The notes beneath the pieces are model-generated. The model had not been told where the DNA came from and did no database searches. It worked only from the letters and a program-made list of their open reading frames with translations. From the NCBI GenBank assembly GCA_965223855.1, contig CBDCXM010000009.1, positions 1,984,001-2,048,000 on the forward strand: DNA of 64,000 nt, in the 5' to 3' direction. Shown piece after piece: positions 58,676 to 64,000 of this stretch (within the stretch, counting starts at the first letter, position 1; each line of letters begins with the position of its first letter). This DNA is from Candidatus Multivoradales bacterium. GTDB lineage: Bacteria > Acidobacteriota > Thermoanaerobaculia > Multivoradales > JAHEKO01. The position numbers were made by a program, and so were the translations under genes.

Positions 58676-58769
58676 AACGACAGACCTCCAGAAAATTGGC
58701 GCCGAGTATAGAGGCTCACCGTCTCGAGAACGACTCGGCCGGGTGCATAGCCGGATCTCTCGAGGATCG

Positions 58770-58798
58770 TTGACCCGGTCTCCGATCCCGGCTAGGCT
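58770..58798 (+). promoter_or_regulatory. Sigma70-like promoter of the riboswitch-metH operon
   Basis: TTGACC-N17-TAGGCT. The implied TSS (~58805) coincides with the riboswitch 5' end. Confidence 0.65.
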
Positions 58799-58802
58799 CG
58801 TC

Positions 58803-58920
58803 GGCGCATCAGGAGTGGTCCGGTAGAGACCGGACTCGGCAACCTGGGACGGACACCCAAGGTGCCTCTCGCTCGACGCGAGGATGTGGCCGCCGCCGGC
58901 GGCAACGAACTGTCCGGGTG
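58803..58920 (+). ncRNA. SAM-I/IV riboswitch
   Basis: P1 CATC..GATG, AGGAG, P2, P3 GGCAACC..GGTGCC, P4 CTCGC..GCGAG, P5 CCGCC..GGCGG. The P3 loop CGGACA can pair with the 3' TGTCCG (PK-2). Lies upstream of metH. Confidence 0.88.
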
Positions 58921-58933
58921 GCTCGGTAGCTGC

Positions 58934-58970
58934 GGCCCGCTCCCTGATGCGAGAGCGGGCCTTCGTCGTT
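58934..58970 (+). terminator. Riboswitch-controlled terminator-like hairpin
   Basis: GGCCCGCTC-10 nt loop-GAGCGGGCC followed by TTCGTCGTT (a weak U tract). Confidence 0.65.
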
Positions 58971-59011
58971 GGCCCGCGTCTCGGACGAGCGACGACGAAG
59001 GAGAGCAGCAG

Positions 59012-62000
59012 ATGAACGAACCGACATCCACCCCGATCCCGGAGATTCCTCGGCCGCCGGACCTCGACGAGCGGACCGCAGCGCTCGTCGATGCGCTCGC
59101 CGAGCGCATCCTCGTGCTCGACGGGGCGACCGGTACCGCCCTCCAGGCGTTCGACCTCACGGCGGACGACTTCGGCGGCGACGACCTCGAAGGTTGCAAC
59201 GAGAACCTCGTCGCCACCCGCCCCGACGTCGTGGCTGCGGTCCATCGTCGCTACCTCGAGGCGGGGGCCGACATCGTCGAGACCAACACCTTCGGCGGCA
59301 CGCCGCTCGTGCTCGACGAGTACGGGCTCGGCGATCGGGCGATCGAGCTCAACCGCGAGGCGGCCCGCATCGCGCGCGAGAGCTGCGCCCGCTTCGAGGG
59401 GGACGGCCGGCTGCGCTTCGTCTGCGGTTCGATGGGGCCGACTACGAAGGCGATCTCGGTGACCGGCGGGGTGACCTTCGAAGAGCTGATCGATCACTTC
59501 AGGATTCAGGCGCTCGGTTTGATGGCCGGAGGCGTCGACTACCTGCTGCTCGAGACCTGTCAGGACACCCGCAACGTCAAGGCGGGGCTCCTGGGGATCG
59601 AGGCCGCCTTCGAAGGGGTCGGCTGGCGGGTGCCGGTCGCCGTGTCGGTCACCATCGAGCCGACCGGCACGATGCTGGCGGGGCAGGATGCCGAGGCGCT
59701 GGCGATCTCGCTGGCGCACGTCGATCTGCTCTATCTGGGGCTCAACTGCGCGACCGGGCCGGAGCTGATGGCCGAGCACCTGAGGACGCTGTCGACGCTG
59801 GCACGCACCCGGATCGCCTGCGTGCCGAACGCCGGTCTGCCGGACGAAGAGGGCGACTACAACCAGTCGGCGGACGACTTCCGCGAGGTGTTCGGCCGGT
59901 TTCTCGACGAAGGGTGGCTCAACCTCGTCGGCGGCTGTTGCGGCACGACCGAGGAGCATGTCGCGGCGCTGGCCGACCTCGTCGAGGGCCGCCGACCGAG
60001 GGTCGCCCCCCGTCATCAGCGCTCGTTCGTCTCGGGCATCGAAGCGGTGGAGTTGACCGCCGACAACCGGCCGCTGCTGGTCGGGGAGCGCACCAACGTG
60101 CTCGGTAGCCGCAAGTTCAAGAAGCTGATCGCCGGGGGCGACTGGGAGGCCGCCGCGGAGGTCGGGCGAGCCCAGGCGCGGGGCGGCGGGCAGGTGCTCG
60201 ACGTCTGCATGCAGGACCCCGATCGCGACGAGGCGGCGGACGTGAGCCGTTTTCTCGACCGTCTCGTGCGGATGGTGAAGTTGCCGCTGATGGTCGACTC
60301 GACCGATGCGGCGGTGATGGAGGATGCGCTGACCTACTGTCAGGGGAAGTCGGTCCTCAACTCGATCAACCTCGAGGATGGTCTCGCGCGTTTCGATCAG
60401 GTGGCACCGCTGGCGCGGCGCTACGGCGCGGCGGTCGTCGTAGGCCTGATCGACGAGCAGGGGATGGCGGTCGATGCCGCCCGCAAGCTGGAGGTCGCCC
60501 GGCGCAGCTACCAGCTGCTCACAGAGGACTACGGACTGCCGCCCGAGGATCTGTGGTGGGATCCGCTCGTCTTCCCGTGCGGCACCGGCGACGAGAACTA
60601 CATCGGTTCCGCCGCCGCGACGATCGAGGCGGTGCGGCGCATCAAGGAGGAGTTCCCGCTGTCGAAGACCGTGCTCGGGATCTCGAACGTCAGCTTCGGC
60701 CTGCCGGGAGCCGGGCGCGAGATTCTCAACTCGGTCTTCCTCTACCACGCGACGAGGGCGGGCCTGGATGCCGCGATCGTCAACACCGAACGCCTCGCGC
60801 GCTACGCCGAGATCGGCGACGAGGAGCGCCGTCTGTCGGAGGCGCTCCTCTTCCTCTCTCCCGGCGACGTCGAGCAGAGCGAGGCGGCGGTGGCGGCCTT
60901 CACCGAGCACTTCAGGGGGCGCAAGAGCCAGGCGGCAGGGCCGCCGATCGAGACGTTGCCGCTGGAGGACCGGCTGGCGCGCGCCGTGATCGAGGGGACG
61001 AAGGAAGGGCTGACGGACAACCTCGAGGCGGCGCTCGCCGACGACCGATGGCCCGATCCGCTGGCGATCATCAACGGGCCGCTGATGAAGGGCATGAGCG
61101 AGGTCGGCCGGTTGTTCAACGACAACCAGCTGATCGTCGCCGAGGTGCTGCAGAGCGCCGAGGTGATGAAGGCCGCGGTGAACTTCCTCGAGCCGCACAT
61201 GGAGCGCAGCAGCGGCGCCAGCCGCGGCAGGATTCTGCTCGCCACCGTCAAGGGTGACGTCCACGACATCGGCAAGAACCTTGTGGACATCATCCTCAGC
61301 AACAACGGCTTCGAGGTCGTCAACCTCGGGATCAAGGTGCCGAGCGAGCAGCTCGTGCAGGGGGTTCGCGAGCACGGGCCGGACGTGATCGGTCTGTCCG
61401 GCCTGCTGGTCAAGAGCGCCCAGCAGATGGTGTCGACCGCCGGCGACCTGGCGGCGGCCGGGATCGACATGCCGCTGATCGTCGGTGGCGCCGCTCTCAC
61501 GAGGCGCTTCACGCATCGGCGCATCGCTCCCGAGTACGGGGGGCCGTGCACCTACGCGACCGACGCGATGGACGGGCTGCGACTGGTCGAGGGGCTGACC
61601 GACGCCGACCAGCGGCCGGCGCTCGAACGCGAGATCCTGCGCCTGCAGGAGGAGGATCGCGTCGCCGAGGGGGCGAGTCGCAAAGCGGCGCGCCCCCGGA
61701 GACGGGCTGCTCCCGAGATCGACCGCACGCTGCCGGCGCCGTCCCCGCCCGATCTCGAGCGGCACGTCGAGCAGCTCGATCTCGACAGCGTCTGGGAAGA
61801 GCTCAACCCGCAGATGCTCTTCGGCAAGCACCTCGGTCTCAGGGGCTCGGTCGCTGCGCTCGCGGCCGCGGGTGACGAGCGCTACCGCAAGCTCGAAGCG
61901 CTGATCGAGGATCTCAAGGACCGTGCGCGCGGCGGTTCGCTGTCCGCGCAGGCAGTGTGGCAGTTCTTCGCGGCGACACCGGACGGTGATCGTCTCGTGC

Positions 62001-62506
62001 TGACCGACGCCTCCGGCGCGACGGTGGCGGAGTGGGTCTTCCCGCGGCAGGACGACGGCAGCGGCCTATGCCTGACCGATTTCGTTCTTCCCGAAGGCGA
62101 CCACGTCGCGCTCTTCGTGACGACGGCGGGAGAGGGGGTCCGCGAGCAGGCAGAGGCGTGGAAGCAGGAGGGGGAGTACCTGCGCAGCCATGCCTGGGCC
62201 GCCCTGGCACTCGAGACGGCGGAGGCGGCCGCCGAGTCTCTCCATCGGCGTCTGCGCGAGTTGTGGGGCTTCGGCGATGCGCCCTCCATGAGTTTGCGCG
62301 ACCGTCTCTCCGCTCGGTATCGTGGCAAGCGGTATAGCTTCGGCTATCCGGCTTGTCCCGATCTCGAGGGCCAGGTGGCGCTCTTCGAGGCGCTCGAGCC
62401 CGCGGCGATCGGGGCGCGGCTGACCGACGGATTCATGATGGATCCCGAGGCGACCGTCTCCGCCGTCGTGCTGCATCACCCCGGGGCCAGATATTTCGGT
62501 GTGTAG
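59012..62506 (+). CDS. metH: Cobalamin-dependent methionine synthase
   Basis: LDGATGT, GLNC, GGCCGT, GERTN, TVKGDVHDIGKN, RYSFGYPACP. Confidence 0.96.
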   Translation: MNEPTSTPIPEIPRPPDLDERTAALVDALAERILVLDGATGTALQAFDLTADDFGGDDLEGCNENLVATRPDVVAAVHRRYLEAGADIVETNTFGGTPLVLDEYGLGDRAIELNREAARIARESCARFEGDGRLRFVCGSMGPTTKAISVTGGVTFEELIDHFRIQALGLMAGGVDYLLLETCQDTRNVKAGLLGIEAAFEGVGWRVPVAVSVTIEPTGTMLAGQDAEALAISLAHVDLLYLGLNCATGPELMAEHLRTLSTLARTRIACVPNAGLPDEEGDYNQSADDFREVFGRFLDEGWLNLVGGCCGTTEEHVAALADLVEGRRPRVAPRHQRSFVSGIEAVELTADNRPLLVGERTNVLGSRKFKKLIAGGDWEAAAEVGRAQARGGGQVLDVCMQDPDRDEAADVSRFLDRLVRMVKLPLMVDSTDAAVMEDALTYCQGKSVLNSINLEDGLARFDQVAPLARRYGAAVVVGLIDEQGMAVDAARKLEVARRSYQLLTEDYGLPPEDLWWDPLVFPCGTGDENYIGSAAATIEAVRRIKEEFPLSKTVLGISNVSFGLPGAGREILNSVFLYHATRAGLDAAIVNTERLARYAEIGDEERRLSEALLFLSPGDVEQSEAAVAAFTEHFRGRKSQAAGPPIETLPLEDRLARAVIEGTKEGLTDNLEAALADDRWPDPLAIINGPLMKGMSEVGRLFNDNQLIVAEVLQSAEVMKAAVNFLEPHMERSSGASRGRILLATVKGDVHDIGKNLVDIILSNNGFEVVNLGIKVPSEQLVQGVREHGPDVIGLSGLLVKSAQQMVSTAGDLAAAGIDMPLIVGGAALTRRFTHRRIAPEYGGPCTYATDAMDGLRLVEGLTDADQRPALEREILRLQEEDRVAEGASRKAARPRRRAAPEIDRTLPAPSPPDLERHVEQLDLDSVWEELNPQMLFGKHLGLRGSVAALAAAGDERYRKLEALIEDLKDRARGGSLSAQAVWQFFAATPDGDRLVLTDASGATVAEWVFPRQDDGSGLCLTDFVLPEGDHVALFVTTAGEGVREQAEAWKQEGEYLRSHAWAALALETAEAAAESLHRRLRELWGFGDAPSMSLRDRLSARYRGKRYSFGYPACPDLEGQVALFEALEPAAIGARLTDGFMMDPEATVSAVVLHHPGARYFGV

Positions 62507-62541
62507 CGCGATGTCGGGGGCAGGAGAGAGAGGAGAGAGGA

Positions 62542-62841
62542 TTGAGGGACGGGAAGTTGTGTGTGGTGGCGCGCGTGCGTGCCACCTACGATCAGACGGA
62601 GCGCGTGCGGGAGATCCTGGAGGAGCTGGTGGAGCCGACGCGTGCGGAAGCGGGTTGCCACCGGTATGACCTCTTCGTGAGCGAGGAGGATCCGGGCGAG
62701 TTCGTCTTCATCGAGGAATGGGAGGACGAGACGGCTTTGACGTCCCACTTCGCCACCACCCATTTCGAGGCGTCCGGAGCGGCGCTGACCGGCCTGCTGG
62801 CGGAACCGACGACGATTCTGCGCTACAGCAGGGTGCGCTGA
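62542..62841 (+). CDS. ABM-family putative quinol monooxygenase
   Basis: TRAEAGC..YDL, FVFIEEW..AL..H. Purine-rich RBS and TTG start. Confidence 0.85.
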   Translation: MRDGKLCVVARVRATYDQTERVREILEELVEPTRAEAGCHRYDLFVSEEDPGEFVFIEEWEDETALTSHFATTHFEASGAALTGLLAEPTTILRYSRVR

Positions 62842-62902
62842 ACCGACCGGTCGCCTCGGGGCGACCCTCCTCGTCGCAGCTGTCCTCGGATACCCTCGGC
62901 CG

Positions 62903-64000
62903 ATGACTCGAAACCGGTTGGGACTGACCTACGACCTGCTCGCGGAGTCCGAGGTCGCGGCGCGGTCGAAGGCGCGCGACCTGGTGGTCGAGCAGACGGT
63001 GGAGATCCCCGACGGGTGCTACTCGGACGAGATCGCCCGCTCGATCGTCAGCCGGATCGAAGCGCTCGAGGAAGTCGAGGAGGGGTGCTTCCGTCTGGAG
63101 GTGACGGTCTCCCCGGCGCTCGTCGGCCGTGAGATCGGCCAGCTCTTCAACGTCCTCTTCGGCAACATTTCGCTCTTCCGCGGCGTCAGGCTGCGGGCGA
63201 TCGACTGGCCGGCCGGTCTGCTGGAGCTCTTCCCGGGGCCGCGATACGGCATCGCCGGGCTGCGACGCCGGTGCGGTGTCGAGCGCCGACCGCTCCTGTG
63301 TGCCGCCATCAAGCCGGTCGGCAAGACGCCCGGGGAACTGGCCGCCGACTGCGCCGACTTCGCACTCGGCGGTGCCGATCTCATCAAGGACGACCACTCG
63401 CTGGCAAACCAGGCGAGCGCTCCGTTCGCCGAGCGAATCGCCCGCTGCCAGGCGGCGGTGGACGAGGTCAACGCTCGCACCGGAGGCAACACCCTCTATC
63501 TCCCCAATCTGCCGGGAGATCCGCGGTTTCTCGCTGAGCGTCTCGAGCGGCTCGAGGAAGCCGGCTGCGGCGGGGTGATGCTCTCGCCGCTGCTCTTCGG
63601 CATCGAGGCGACGGCCGAGCTGGTGCGCAGCGGCGAGTTCGTCGTCCTCGGGCATCCGACCTTCAGCGGAGCCTTCTTCGGCGACGCTCACGGCATCGCT
63701 CCCGAAGTGCTGTTCGGCGATCTCTACCGCCTTCTGGGGTGCGACGGGGTGATCTATGTCAACGTCGGCGGGCGCTTCGGCTGGACCCTCGAGCAGTGTC
63801 AGGCGGTCAACGAGGCGTTGCGACGGAAGCTGCCGGGGATCGAGCCCGCCTTCCCGGTGCCCGCCGGTGGTGTGCAGACCGGTGAGGTCGGCATGCACCT
63901 CGAACGCTACGGAGCCGACACCATGGTGCTGATCGGCGGCAGCCTCTACCAGCAGGGGGATCTGGCGGCGGCGACCGCTCGACTGCGCGAGGATCTCGAG
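62903..64000 (+). CDS. RuBisCO-like protein (form IV, DeepYkr-type); runs off the window end
   Basis: Translated by hand: EQTVE, QLFNVLFGNISL, FPGPRYG..GLR, AIKPVG, GGADLIKDDH, GHPTFSG, GGRF, PVPAGG, LIGGSL. No stop codon before nt 64000. Confidence 0.92.
   Translation, partial: MTRNRLGLTYDLLAESEVAARSKARDLVVEQTVEIPDGCYSDEIARSIVSRIEALEEVEEGCFRLEVTVSPALVGREIGQLFNVLFGNISLFRGVRLRAIDWPAGLLELFPGPRYGIAGLRRRCGVERRPLLCAAIKPVGKTPGELAADCADFALGGADLIKDDHSLANQASAPFAERIARCQAAVDEVNARTGGNTLYLPNLPGDPRFLAERLERLEEAGCGGVMLSPLLFGIEATAELVRSGEFVVLGHPTFSGAFFGDAHGIAPEVLFGDLYRLLGCDGVIYVNVGGRFGWTLEQCQAVNEALRRKLPGIEPAFPVPAGGVQTGEVGMHLERYGADTMVLIGGSLYQQGDLAAATARLREDLE

Noticed and set aside
57281-61831. 1516-aa kinase fusion ORF
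   Set aside because: The first ~1050 codons are the antisense shadow of metH and the riboswitch, which is common in high-GC DNA.
62521-62540. AG-rich tandem repeat
   Set aside because: It is explained as a reiterated Shine-Dalgarno region before the ABM gene.

Overview
High-GC bacterial window, tentatively Acidobacteriota-like (inference only). (1) 1-8.6 kb: a 5'-truncated giant (>2,740 aa) bacterial teneurin-like RHS/YD protein. It carries Asp-box propeller and pectate-lyase-type beta-helix modules, ends in a hydrophobic C-terminal tip, and is followed by a small membrane protein that may be its immunity partner. (2) 8.6-10.6 kb: a Y1/HUH (RAYT-like) transposase bracketed by imperfect inverted end motifs. 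Beside it are an array of CCTCCTAGAGG mini-hairpins, an apparently exact 211-bp tandem duplication and a small secreted Cys protein. (3) 10.9-56.2 kb: a ~45-kb surface polysaccharide locus built mainly from two convergent operons. It encodes NeuB, three cytidylyltransferases, an ABC flippase, MBOAT/SGNH acylation, PglF/E/D/C/A-like enzymes, GT4s, Wzy, Wza, Wzc, an OM barrel, and a kinase-methyltransferase with a YIDPGSGS micro-protein. (4) 56.3-64 kb: methionine genes, namely metF, an inserted Ser/Thr kinase, a SAM-I/IV riboswitch with a visible antiterminator, metH, an ABM protein and a form IV RuBisCO-like protein that the ORF track missed. All calls come from motif recognition by eye; no searches were run.
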